Shown here one piece after another: positions 28,220-37,570 of a stretch of DNA of 64,000 nucleotides. A program made the translations under genes and the position numbers. The DNA is from Patescibacteria group bacterium (lineage in GTDB: Bacteria > Patescibacteriota > Patescibacteriia > XYB2-FULL-38-15), in assembly GCA_041737355.1 (NCBI GenBank), contig JBGSRW010000003.1:5332-69331 (forward strand). The letters are read 5' to 3'. The notes under the pieces were generated by a model. It did no database searches. It had not been told where the DNA came from and saw only the letters and a program-made list of their open reading frames with translations. Position 1 is the stretch's first letter. The number at the start of each line of letters is the position of its first letter.

Positions 28220-28225
28220 AATAAA

Positions 28226-28251
28226 AAAGCGGCCTTTCGGCCGCTTCCCTA
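28226..28251 (-). terminator. Rho-independent terminator 3' of the 28266-28481 gene
   Basis: Minus-strand read aagcggccgaaaggccgc followed by tttttt. Confidence 0.55.
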
Positions 28252-28265
28252 AAAATTTTATTTAT

Positions 28266-28481
28266 TTATTTTTTCTTTCTATTCTTTTTCCACTCCGAAA
28301 CAAATCCACCCAAACCCATCTTCCACAAAAGTCGCTCCGCATTAACTGCCCGCTGACTTCCCTCCTCCGTTTCTAGTATTCCAAGCAAACTTCTAGCTCG
28401 CTCCGCGCGCTCTTTATCCTCCTTGACTTTGGCGGTAATTTCTTCCCGAGCGGCTTCAAAATTTGATTTCTCCACAGCCAT
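28266..28481 (-). CDS. Small hypothetical protein
   Basis: 71 aa, charged and helical with a basic tail. Has its own terminator. Confidence 0.35.
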   Translation of the reverse strand: MAVEKSNFEAAREEITAKVKEDKERAERARSLLGILETEEGSQRAVNAERLLWKMGLGGFVSEWKKNRKKK

Positions 28482-28500
28482 ATAATTTTATAATTAAATT

Positions 28501-28920
28501 TTAATTTTCTCCACCTTGATAGTGTGGGCTTACTTTTTTAAATTCTTCATAATTCTCAATATAGTCGCTTCGGTCTGGATTATAATTTGTTGATGAAAGT
28601 GCGAAGAACACCGCGTCCGGGGAAAAATCTTTAAAATGGTGCCAAACAAAATTTGGAACATACATCGCCCCGGTCGGACCGACGAGTGGGATTTCTTCTA
28701 GCCCCCGGCCTTTGTCAATTACCGCCGTACAACTTCCTTGAATCAAAACAAAAAATTCTTCTTCAACTTTATGGCAATGCGCTCCGGTGGGAGCTTGGGG
28801 TTTGGTAATAAAATAAACTCGCTTCACTTCAAAATCAACATAATCTTTCAATTCTACCGGACTCATGACAAATTTCGGCGTATCTATTCTTTTGATTTGA
28901 AATTGTTGGAAGGACTTCAT
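28501..28920 (-). CDS. Cupin-fold dTDP-sugar 3,4-ketoisomerase-like protein (FdtA/WxcM C-terminal domain family)
   Basis: TGAHCHKVEEEFFVLIQGSCTAVIDKGRGLEEIPL is characteristic of the FdtA family. Start assigned to the internal ATG at 28920 to avoid overlapping the upstream gene; that ATG has no obvious Shine-Dalgarno site, so 28983 remains possible. Confidence 0.65.
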   Translation of the reverse strand: MKSFQQFQIKRIDTPKFVMSPVELKDYVDFEVKRVYFITKPQAPTGAHCHKVEEEFFVLIQGSCTAVIDKGRGLEEIPLVGPTGAMYVPNFVWHHFKDFSPDAVFFALSSTNYNPDRSDYIENYEEFKKVSPHYQGGEN

Positions 28921-28930
28921 GAGATTAATT

Positions 28931-29851
28931 TTATTTTTTAAATTTTTCCGCCACTCTTCTCGCCAACTCCAACAAAGCACCAAAATTTTCTACATCCATC
29001 TGAAAAGATTTATCTGTGCCTTTTAATTCCCAACTCTCCCTTAAGGTACCGGGCTTATCAAGTGGCATAGCGTATGCACCAGATTTTTCCAATTCTTTTT
29101 TATAATGAGTTATGATCATTTCCGCAATTTCATCAATATTATAACTTTGTAATAAAGCCACCAAGATAAATTCATAATCCTGAAATTTTCTTTTAGTGTC
29201 CGCAGAAACCTTTAAAGCACCTCTGCCTCCCGAAGCTCCCGTAAGAGCTACGTAAGAATCAATAAATTGATCTAACGGATGTACGCCGATTACTTTTCTT
29301 CCCTCTATTTGATACTCAACTAACCTTGCTGGCGGCGAGGCGAGAAAACTATCAGGATTTAGCCTGCTGTCTTTCATTACTAAACTCTCATCGACAAATT
29401 GGGCAACATCCACATCACCAGGCCTACACAAAACTGCCTTCTGAGAATCGGGCCGCACATCAACTTTTTGTTTTCCTACAATTCTGCCTGCTTTATCTAA
29501 TCCTAAAATGCTCATTTCTTCCGACATGGCCATCAAAAGATATACATAAGAACCACAAACCGCATATCTCACTTCTCCTTCATTGCTAACCTGGGGGTGC
29601 TCTTCTAATACCGGAAAAACATTTTCAGATAGTCTTTTTTCAAATGATTCTTTTCTCCCGGGAGCAGTTTCTAATAATTTTCTATGTCTGGCCTCATCTC
29701 TTTGCCAAAATTGGTAATTTTCAACTGGTTTTGAAAAATCATAATTAACTCTTTCTTCGCGCAAAGCCATATCGCCTCTAAATTGTCCACTCTCAAAATT
29801 CATAATATGGATAATGGTGCAAATTGCAGAGGAAATTTCTCTGTAATTCAC
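28931..29851 (-). CDS. Hypothetical protein embedded in the dTDP-sugar operon (candidate sugar-modifying enzyme)
   Basis: 306 aa, soluble, no motif I can name. Sits between rmlB and the FdtA-like cupin. Confidence 0.45.
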   Translation of the reverse strand: MNYREISSAICTIIHIMNFESGQFRGDMALREERVNYDFSKPVENYQFWQRDEARHRKLLETAPGRKESFEKRLSENVFPVLEEHPQVSNEGEVRYAVCGSYVYLLMAMSEEMSILGLDKAGRIVGKQKVDVRPDSQKAVLCRPGDVDVAQFVDESLVMKDSRLNPDSFLASPPARLVEYQIEGRKVIGVHPLDQFIDSYVALTGASGGRGALKVSADTKRKFQDYEFILVALLQSYNIDEIAEMIITHYKKELEKSGAYAMPLDKPGTLRESWELKGTDKSFQMDVENFGALLELARRVAEKFKK

Positions 29852-29857
29852 TATTTT

Positions 29858-30871
29858 TTATTTAATATGCGGATTTAATTCTTCTTTTCTTTTTTGCAAT
29901 TTTTCTACCCATTCTTTATTTGCTAAATACCAATCTACCGTTTCTTTCAAACCCTGCTCAAATTTCTCGCGCGTATAATTCGGTTGCCATCCTAATGATA
30001 AAATTTTTGAAGCATCAATGGCATAGCGGCGATCATGTCCCGGCCGATCGGTAACATGCTCAATCATTTCTTCCCCCCTGCCCATCAATTTCAACATCAT
30101 TTTGGTTATTTCCATATTGCTGCGTTCATTATCAACGCCGATATTATAAACTTCTCCCGCGACGCCTTTATGGAGTAATAAATCCAGAGCAGCGGCGTGA
30201 TCCGTCACATGAATCCAGTCGCGGACATAAAGTCCATCGCCGTAAACCGGAACTTTTTGGTTATTAATCAGGCGGAAAATAAAAAATGGGATTAATTTTT
30301 CGGGAAATTGATACTGGCCATAATTATTAGAGCAGTGTGTCACAACAACTGGAACTTTATGGGTGACAAAATAAGCATTGCACATTAAATCTCCGCCGGC
30401 CTTGGCCGCGGCATAAGGCATATTGGGCCAGATCGGCGTGCTTTCTGTAAATTTTCTATCCTCATCAAGCCCAAGAGCGCCGTAAACTTCGTCGGTCGAA
30501 ACATTCACAAACTTTTCTATATTATTGGCCCGCACGGCGTCCAAAATCATCTGCACACCCAAGGTATTGGTCATGACAAAATCTTTGCAGCCGCCGTGGA
30601 TTGAACGGTCGACATGGGTCTCTGCGGCGAAGTTTATGACATGGCTGATTTTGTGCTCGACAATAACTTGGTTTAATTTTTCCAGATCAACAATATCTCC
30701 CTGAATAAAAGTATAATTGGGATTATTTTCTACATCGCGCAAGTTATCCAAATTGCCGGCGTAAGTCAGCTTGTCGTAATTTACAATTTTATAATCCGGA
30801 TATTTTTGGAGCATGTGCCGAATAAAGTTTGACCCAATGAACCCGGCTCCGCCGCAAACTAAAAGATTCAT
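29858..30871 (-). CDS. rmlB: dTDP-glucose 4,6-dehydratase RmlB
   Basis: 337 aa. GGAGFIGSNF Rossmann motif. Catalytic TDE and YxxxK (YAAAK). Confidence 0.9.
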   Translation of the reverse strand: MNLLVCGGAGFIGSNFIRHMLQKYPDYKIVNYDKLTYAGNLDNLRDVENNPNYTFIQGDIVDLEKLNQVIVEHKISHVINFAAETHVDRSIHGGCKDFVMTNTLGVQMILDAVRANNIEKFVNVSTDEVYGALGLDEDRKFTESTPIWPNMPYAAAKAGGDLMCNAYFVTHKVPVVVTHCSNNYGQYQFPEKLIPFFIFRLINNQKVPVYGDGLYVRDWIHVTDHAAALDLLLHKGVAGEVYNIGVDNERSNMEITKMMLKLMGRGEEMIEHVTDRPGHDRRYAIDASKILSLGWQPNYTREKFEQGLKETVDWYLANKEWVEKLQKRKEELNPHIK

Positions 30872-30882
30872 ATAATTAAATT

Positions 30883-31290
30883 TTATTTTAAAGATTGTTT
30901 TATTTTTTGGGCAACCGCGCCGGCTTCCCCGTCGTCATAGCCCCTCCCGTCCCAATGTTTTAATCCATCTTCCGGCAAGCGTGGGATAACATGCCAATGT
31001 ATGTGCGGAATCACCTGACCGGCAACCGATCCGTTATTTTGAATAATATTGAATCCCTTGAGATCCAGAGCCTTAACGACCGCGAGAGAAACCTTTTTGG
31101 CGGCGACCATTATCTCTTTCAAAACCGCCTCGGGACAGTCTATTATATTTTCATAATGGTCCTTGGACATGATCAGCATGTGTCCGGGATTAACCGGATG
31201 AATATCAAGAAAAACGACGACTTTTTCGTTTTCATAAATTTTAACCGCGGGAATTTCCCCTTTAATGATTCTACAAAACACGCAATCCAT
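30883..31290 (-). CDS. HIT-family (histidine triad) nucleotide hydrolase/transferase
   Basis: 135 aa. Histidine triad HIHWHVIP. Zinc-binding C-x-x-C at the N-terminus (CVFC). Confidence 0.85.
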   Translation of the reverse strand: MDCVFCRIIKGEIPAVKIYENEKVVVFLDIHPVNPGHMLIMSKDHYENIIDCPEAVLKEIMVAAKKVSLAVVKALDLKGFNIIQNNGSVAGQVIPHIHWHVIPRLPEDGLKHWDGRGYDDGEAGAVAQKIKQSLK

Positions 31291-31294
31291 ATTT

Positions 31295-31495
31295 TTACGA
31301 TTTAATTTTATTTTTATCCAATATTACCGTCACCGTACCAAAAATTAACGGAATTAACAAGAGCCAGTTAAAATTCAAATAATAGCTGACAAATCCCGGC
31401 TCAAACCATTCCATAATCGCAAACACAACAAATGTTATGGAAAAAATAACAAAAACATCCTTGCAAATTTTATAAATAAATTCCTTTATTGCCAT
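31295..31495 (-). CDS. Small two-TM membrane protein, unknown
   Basis: 66 aa with two hydrophobic helices. Weak call. Confidence 0.3.
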   Translation of the reverse strand: MAIKEFIYKICKDVFVIFSITFVVFAIMEWFEPGFVSYYLNFNWLLLIPLIFGTVTVILDKNKIKS

Positions 31496-31500
31496 GTTTT

Positions 31501-32097
31501 CTAAAAAATTTTGTTAACTCTCCAAGAGATTCCTTCCAAAATTTTATTGACTATTTCCTTGCCGCCAAGCTCCGGCCGGACAAAAAGAACCTCTATCCCG
31601 TCAAGGGCGATCTGCTCCGTCCGCATTCCCTCCGCGGAAAAACCAAATCTATATTTGCTTCCTTCTGGAATAAGCTTAGAAAAATCAAAAAACTCGGTTT
31701 GGTTTTGCCACTTTCCCCCAGTCGGCGGCAGATCTCGCCAATCAAAGGCCCACGCCGCTTTATTGATCAACCCTCCCATTTTTATCGGCATCGCTCCGCT
31801 ATTTTTATATTTCACCGTAACGGCGACCCTTTCGAAATTATCATTGGGTTTCAAGTCAAAATAAACCGGTTCGGCAAGAAAAACCCGGTGGAAACCCCCG
31901 TCAGTGCCCTGATACGCCCCGGAGGAAACCCGATCCTTTGGATAAAGTTTTGAAATAAAAGGTGTTTCGCGGCGCATATCGTAATTCGCGGTTACTTTGC
32001 CGCTGGGCGCGATCTCCTTATAGCTCAACCAGCCAAGAATGACTATCGGTATAACGATAAGAATGGATCGGATAATTTTGTGGAAGACGGAGAGCAT
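31501..32097 (-). CDS. Membrane-anchored hypothetical protein
   Basis: 198 aa. N-terminal TM, then a soluble domain without recognisable motifs. Confidence 0.4.
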   Translation of the reverse strand: MLSVFHKIIRSILIVIPIVILGWLSYKEIAPSGKVTANYDMRRETPFISKLYPKDRVSSGAYQGTDGGFHRVFLAEPVYFDLKPNDNFERVAVTVKYKNSGAMPIKMGGLINKAAWAFDWRDLPPTGGKWQNQTEFFDFSKLIPEGSKYRFGFSAEGMRTEQIALDGIEVLFVRPELGGKEIVNKILEGISWRVNKIF

Positions 32098-32100
32098 AAA

Positions 32101-33780
32101 TTATTTTAACCGGACAAATTCATAAAGAGACTCTATCCCGAAATCCCTAATCTTTCTGATTTCGATTTCGTTTGGATTAATTTTTTTCGCATAAAGATAA
32201 CTAATATCTTGCTCGGGGAAGGTGACGCCGTAATAGTAAAGGGGAACTTCCCCGGAAAGAGGGGGAATGAGTTTATAAACTTGATTGTCGCGGAGCGGCT
32301 GGATAACCTGATGTTCCGGAAAAAAAATCTTATCGGCCCGGTCAACTATGATAATCGCGTCCGACTCAATCATCCGGCTGACTTCGCCAGAGATATAACC
32401 ATACTCCTTCACGTTTTTTTTGACTTGGACCAGTCCGTCGTTTTTATCTAAAAAGACAAGCCAAGCCGAAAGAATAAAAAAGACAAGGCTGATTGCTACG
32501 GCGATTATTTTTTTCTGCCCACCACGGAACCACCCAACAAATTTTATCAAGGCAAAAGAAATTAAGGGTAGCGATAAAATATATATTGGAAGCCAATAAC
32601 GGACGTATGATGTTCCGACCGAAACCTCCTTGGCCGGATTATCGTAGATAAGCCAGCTTCCATAGTAGGCAAAAAGAAAAACGGAAATAGCTCCGTAAAA
32701 AATCAAATAAATTTTATGTTTTTTCTCAAGTCTGCCGCCAATAAAGTTTCTGATGAAAACAGAAAGGCCGGCGGCAAGCGGTATTGCCAGCCACCAGAAC
32801 ATCCCGGCGAAATAATTGGAAAAATTTTTTAGGATATTTTTTAAATGGAAACCAAAGGGAAAAATATAATGGGCAAAAGATGCAATAAGCCCGGCTCCCT
32901 GACCTCCCGGACCCGAGGCGCCTTCATTGCCCAGATTATATGCCGTCATCAGCGAGTTGCCGTAAAAAATCTGATTGTAGGCGAAGATCGGCGAAAAAGT
33001 CAGAACGGCAAAAATTAAAAAAATCGCTGCCTGGTCGTAGCGGATTTTTTTTCTGTAAATTAAAAATAATCCGATAATCGCCGACCCGACCCATATTATT
33101 TCCGACAAACGGACCGTCATCGCCAAACCGAAAAATAAACCGGCGAGGATAAAATCAACATAATTATTTTTCTCCCCACCCCTGGCTCTCACGCTGTCCG
33201 GAAAAGACTCTCCTGTTCTGGCCAGAAAATAAAAACTGAAAATCAAAAAAGTAACAAAAAGAACATTCGGAAAAAGCCCGCGGGCCGAGTAATACCAGAA
33301 AGCCGGATGAACGAGAAGGAGCAGGGCCGACCAAAAAGCGATTTGACTTGAAAAAATTTTCCTGATAATTTCGTAGAAACAAAAAACCGCCAAACCGGCA
33401 AAAATCGGCGTAAGATAAAAAATCGCCTTGAGACCGATAATTTTAGCCAGCCATCCGTAAACGAGGATAAGCCCAAGAAAACTCCCCGGAACAAGATAGC
33501 CGTTTACAACCGCCGTACTCCTCGGCTGGATCCTGTTTTCGGCGATGAAATTAAGCGGCTCAAAAATTCTTAGCACTCCCTCCTTGGCGTACATTCTGGA
33601 AAAAAAATAATTGGCGGTTTCGTCGGGAGAATTAAATTTAACTGATGAGGACGAAAAATTTCCTCCAGAAATAGCCGAAAGATAAAAATTGGAGTAAACA
33701 AAAAAAGCAACAAAAATTACGGCAATCAAAATCGCTTTCTCCCAATTTTCCTTAACCCATTTTTTTATGATAAAATACAT
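32101..33780 (-). CDS. GT-C-type membrane glycosyltransferase (ArnT/PMT, GT39/GT83-like)
   Basis: 559 aa. About 11 TM helices in the N-terminal two thirds, with a soluble C-terminal domain. Architecture and loop motifs resemble polyprenyl-phosphate-sugar dependent GT-C enzymes. Confidence 0.5.
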   Translation of the reverse strand: MYFIIKKWVKENWEKAILIAVIFVAFFVYSNFYLSAISGGNFSSSSVKFNSPDETANYFFSRMYAKEGVLRIFEPLNFIAENRIQPRSTAVVNGYLVPGSFLGLILVYGWLAKIIGLKAIFYLTPIFAGLAVFCFYEIIRKIFSSQIAFWSALLLLVHPAFWYYSARGLFPNVLFVTFLIFSFYFLARTGESFPDSVRARGGEKNNYVDFILAGLFFGLAMTVRLSEIIWVGSAIIGLFLIYRKKIRYDQAAIFLIFAVLTFSPIFAYNQIFYGNSLMTAYNLGNEGASGPGGQGAGLIASFAHYIFPFGFHLKNILKNFSNYFAGMFWWLAIPLAAGLSVFIRNFIGGRLEKKHKIYLIFYGAISVFLFAYYGSWLIYDNPAKEVSVGTSYVRYWLPIYILSLPLISFALIKFVGWFRGGQKKIIAVAISLVFFILSAWLVFLDKNDGLVQVKKNVKEYGYISGEVSRMIESDAIIIVDRADKIFFPEHQVIQPLRDNQVYKLIPPLSGEVPLYYYGVTFPEQDISYLYAKKINPNEIEIRKIRDFGIESLYEFVRLK

Positions 33781-33783
33781 AGC

Positions 33784-35913
33784 ATGAACCTCAAATTACC
33801 TTATTGTATCATTATTTCGCTGATTTTAATAGTCGGTCTCTTCGGTAACATTTTCATCTGGAAAAGCCCGGCGATCGGCCTGACTTTCGGCCCAGCCTAC
33901 CTTTTATTTTTCGGTTTTATGCTCGGCTTTATCCTTTACCGCTCCAAGCCGGCCATTTTTCAATTTATTTATGGCCTGCTTTATCTTTTAGCCGGACTTG
34001 CTTTCTGGGGTGCCCTGCTTTATTATTTTTATCAGCTTAACAATCTGGCGGTTGCCTCCCTTATACTTTTCATTCCCCTTGTCCTTCTCCCCTTCTTAAA
34101 ATACGGCAACCACCTAAAAACCCATCACGACTTCAATCCGGTCCAAATTAATCCTCATATCCTCCGCACAACCTTTCTTGTCGCGGCGTTTATTTTTTTG
34201 ACCATTTTAAATTTCCGCTATCTGCTCGGGACCGGAACCGTTGAAGCCATCCGGACGCCTTGGAAAATTTTGCCTGGAGAATTTTTTATAACTTATTTTT
34301 CCGCCTCCGCCATTCTTCTTTATTTTATTTTAAAAAGCCAGAAAGAAGGGCTGAATCTCGCCCTGATAAGCATCCATGTTTTCCTGACCGTGAGCATTGT
34401 CTTGTTCGTTTACCGGGTCGGCTACGGATTTGATCCCTTCATCCACCAAGCTACCGAAAAAGTAATCGCCGCGGAAGGTTTCATTTTGCCAAAACCTTTT
34501 TATTATCTCGGCCAATACGCCCTGGTGGTTTTTTTCTCTAAAATTTCCCTTCTCCCGATTATCTGGATAGATAAACTCCTGCTGCCTATTTCCTTGTCGC
34601 TTTTTCTGCCCTCCACAATTTACTATTCCCTAAAACCTTTCGTTGCCAAGAACCTTACCCCGAGCGCAAGCCTCCTGCCGTTACTCATATTAATTTTGCC
34701 TTTCAGCGCCTTTATCGCGACAACCCCCCAGGGTCTGGCAAATCTCTTTCTTTTGATCACAATCTTTCTTGGTCTTCTCGCTCTCCGGCGCGAGTTCCCC
34801 GTTTTTGATCTGTGGTTTTTGAGCTTTGCCACAATTTTTATCCATCCCCTGGCCGGTCTGCCAAGTTTGATTTTTGTTTTTCTCATTACTCTTTTCATCT
34901 TTTTCAAAAAACAGGAAGGAATTTTCGAATTCCTGCGGCATTTGGTTTTTATCGGAAGCTTTGTCCTCTCCGCCGTAGCTATTCCCCTGCTCTTCCTTTT
35001 CGCAATTTTATTTTTTCAAGGACCAACAAACATTTTCTCCTTAAAAACTCTCGAGAGCTCACCAAACCTGCTTAATGCTCTCGGATGGAACCTACCTGTT
35101 TGGATAAATAATTTTCAGCCTGTTCTCGACTTGGTTTATACTTACGGGAAAAATATTCCCTTTCTTGTTTTGGGCTTGGGCCTCACCGGATATTTTTTGA
35201 TAAAAAAATATCTCCCCCAAGCAATTATTTTCGTGATGGTTTTCTTGGCCCTGATTATTAATTATATTCTAATCAAACTTTTCATTGACTTTCCTGCCCT
35301 CATCAAGTACGAACAAAAAGTTTTCCCGGAGCGGATATTGGAAATCAGTTTTTATTTTTTAATTCCCCTTTTCCTTTTTGCTCTTTACCAATTCTTCGCC
35401 AAACTCGAAGTTCAGAAAAAATCCCTGAAATTTTTCTTTTTCCTGCTTTTCCCGCTCCTTCTGACTTTTTCTCTTTATTATTCCTACCCGAAAGACGACG
35501 GCGAGGATTACCAAATTGACCGCGGATACTCCGTTTCGGCCTCCGATATTTATGCTGTCCAACAAATTGAGCGTGACGCGGCCGGCGCCGACTACCTTGT
35601 TCTTGCAAACCAAAGCGTCTCCGCCGCGGCAGTCCGGGAATTCGGCTTCAAACAATACTATGGCCCGCATTTTTATTATCCGATTCCGACCGGCGATCCA
35701 CTTTACCAATCATATTTAAAAATGGTCTATGAGAAACCATCGCGCGCCGCGGTAACCGAAGCCTCGGAGCTTACCGGCGTCCGCCTTATTTATTTTGTCT
35801 TGAACCAATACTGGACCGACGCCGATAAAATCAAAGAAGCCGCCCAGCTTAATGCCGACGACTCTATGGACATTGACGGCGGAAAAGTTTTAATTTTTAA
35901 ATATAAACTTTAA
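33784..35913 (+). CDS. Large polytopic membrane protein (about 18-20 TM) with a C-terminal soluble domain; candidate GT-C/YfhO-like glycosyltransferase or polymerase
   Basis: 709 aa. Its start codon is 3 nt from the start codon of the divergent GT-C gene. Confidence 0.45.
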   Translation: MNLKLPYCIIISLILIVGLFGNIFIWKSPAIGLTFGPAYLLFFGFMLGFILYRSKPAIFQFIYGLLYLLAGLAFWGALLYYFYQLNNLAVASLILFIPLVLLPFLKYGNHLKTHHDFNPVQINPHILRTTFLVAAFIFLTILNFRYLLGTGTVEAIRTPWKILPGEFFITYFSASAILLYFILKSQKEGLNLALISIHVFLTVSIVLFVYRVGYGFDPFIHQATEKVIAAEGFILPKPFYYLGQYALVVFFSKISLLPIIWIDKLLLPISLSLFLPSTIYYSLKPFVAKNLTPSASLLPLLILILPFSAFIATTPQGLANLFLLITIFLGLLALRREFPVFDLWFLSFATIFIHPLAGLPSLIFVFLITLFIFFKKQEGIFEFLRHLVFIGSFVLSAVAIPLLFLFAILFFQGPTNIFSLKTLESSPNLLNALGWNLPVWINNFQPVLDLVYTYGKNIPFLVLGLGLTGYFLIKKYLPQAIIFVMVFLALIINYILIKLFIDFPALIKYEQKVFPERILEISFYFLIPLFLFALYQFFAKLEVQKKSLKFFFFLLFPLLLTFSLYYSYPKDDGEDYQIDRGYSVSASDIYAVQQIERDAAGADYLVLANQSVSAAAVREFGFKQYYGPHFYYPIPTGDPLYQSYLKMVYEKPSRAAVTEASELTGVRLIYFVLNQYWTDADKIKEAAQLNADDSMDIDGGKVLIFKYKL

Positions 35914-35936
35914 CTAATCAACTATTTTCAAAATCT

Positions 35937-36305
35937 ATGAACAAAATGCTCGAGGAATTCAAGCAGTTCGCCATGAAAGGCAGCGTCCTTGACCTGGCTG
36001 TCGGCATTGTGATCGGCATCGCTTTTGGGAAAATCGTTTCGTCGTTCGTGAACGACATCCTGATGCCGATCGTCGGCATGCTTTTCGCCATAAACTTTTC
36101 TACGCTCTTTGTCGTCGTCCGGAACACGGTTATCAACTACGGCGCTTTTCTCCAAGCAACTGTCGAATTCCTGATTATCGCTTTCACCCTTTTCCTTTTT
36201 GTCAAAGCGATTAACGCGATGAAGAAAAAAGAAGAAGTAAAACCGGCCGAACCGACTGCGGAAATCAAACTCCTCACCGAAATCCGCGATTCATTAAGAA
36301 AATAA
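35937..36305 (+). CDS. mscL: Large-conductance mechanosensitive channel MscL
   Basis: 122 aa. MLEEFKQFAMKGSVLDLAVGIVIGIAFGKIVSSFVNDILMPIVG is canonical MscL. Confidence 0.9.
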   Translation: MNKMLEEFKQFAMKGSVLDLAVGIVIGIAFGKIVSSFVNDILMPIVGMLFAINFSTLFVVVRNTVINYGAFLQATVEFLIIAFTLFLFVKAINAMKKKEEVKPAEPTAEIKLLTEIRDSLRK

Positions 36306-36320
36306 AACGACATACCAAAA

Positions 36321-36351
36321 ACCAGCGGGCATTTTACCCGCTGGTTTTTTA
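36321..36351 (+). terminator. Rho-independent terminator after mscL
   Basis: accagcggg-catttta-cccgctgg followed by tttttt. Confidence 0.7.
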
Positions 36352-36364
36352 TCTTACAAAAAAA

Positions 36365-37570
36365 CTAAAAAACTAATATTTTTTTAATATAATTTTCAAT
36401 CTTAAAATCATAAACTGATCTCTGCGCCGCGGAACGCATTTTTTGGAGTTCATCGCGGTGGGCGACGCAGTATTTTAGAGCGCGCACTAAATCTTCTACA
36501 TTGCCGGCCTCAAAGGTGAAACCGTTTTCGCTGTCATGGATCAATTCGGCGACTCCCCCGATTTTGGCGGCAAGCACCGGCACACCGGCGGCTAAACTTT
36601 CGTAAATCACGGTTGGCGAATTTTCATAACAAAGCGAGGGAACAACCGTCAAATCAATCTGATCAAAAATTTTTCCTACCCCGTCACCAACTAATTTTCC
36701 GTGAATTATGAATCGGGAATCATCGCCTACCATCTTTTTAAATGCCACCATTGTACTGCCATCGCCGGCGATGTGAATTTTAAAATCAATATCTATTTTC
36801 TTCAATACGTCCACCAAAAATAAAATGCCTTTATGCTCTTCGATTTGGCCGAGATAAAGCAACTGTAAGCCCTTCGACTCGCTGCGCTCACTCAGGGAAT
36901 AATTGTTTATGGCCCGAGCTTGTCGAAGACCTATCGGATTGGGCAACACTATTTTTTTAGAATTTTTGAAAAATCCTTTGGCCGTATAAAAATTCAAAAG
37001 CCATTTTGAGGGCGAAACAACTATATCGGGCGAACTAAATACTTTCCGACAAATCTCTTCGTACCATCTCCGTAAGAATATCTTCTGCTGCCAATCGTTT
37101 TCCTGGCCTTTGATAATCAGGCCGCTTGGCACGGCAAGCTGGACATCGTGAAGGATATGAATATGTTTAATCCCTAATTTTCTGATTACCCAAAGAATTA
37201 AATAACCAATTCCCTTTAAGTTGTGCGTCATGACGAGTTCAGGCTTTTCCTCCCGCAAAATCTTTTTTACCGCCCGGGCGCTCTGGCAATTGAACATATC
37301 CCAGAAATGCCATTTCATCCGCCAAAGGGCGTGGTGTTTATAATCATTAAGATAATAAAAGAGATTTAAAGGATAAAATCTATAAACCTTAATCCTGTTC
37401 TCTTCTGCCGCTACCGGCTTCAGGCTTTTCCATCCACCCCAAGGTTTTGTGGAAATCACAAAAATCTCGTGGCCCGATTCGCGTAAACCATGCGCCACTC
37501 GTTCCGCCACCTTTTCCGCTCCTCCGCGCGAAATAGGCGGATATAAATTTGATATCAGACAAATCTTCAT
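36365..37570 (-). CDS. Glycosyltransferase family 4
   Basis: 401 aa. GT-B fold with a GT4 C-terminal domain. 4-nt overlap with the upstream GT4 gene. Confidence 0.8.
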   Translation of the reverse strand: MKICLISNLYPPISRGGAEKVAERVAHGLRESGHEIFVISTKPWGGWKSLKPVAAEENRIKVYRFYPLNLFYYLNDYKHHALWRMKWHFWDMFNCQSARAVKKILREEKPELVMTHNLKGIGYLILWVIRKLGIKHIHILHDVQLAVPSGLIIKGQENDWQQKIFLRRWYEEICRKVFSSPDIVVSPSKWLLNFYTAKGFFKNSKKIVLPNPIGLRQARAINNYSLSERSESKGLQLLYLGQIEEHKGILFLVDVLKKIDIDFKIHIAGDGSTMVAFKKMVGDDSRFIIHGKLVGDGVGKIFDQIDLTVVPSLCYENSPTVIYESLAAGVPVLAAKIGGVAELIHDSENGFTFEAGNVEDLVRALKYCVAHRDELQKMRSAAQRSVYDFKIENYIKKILVF

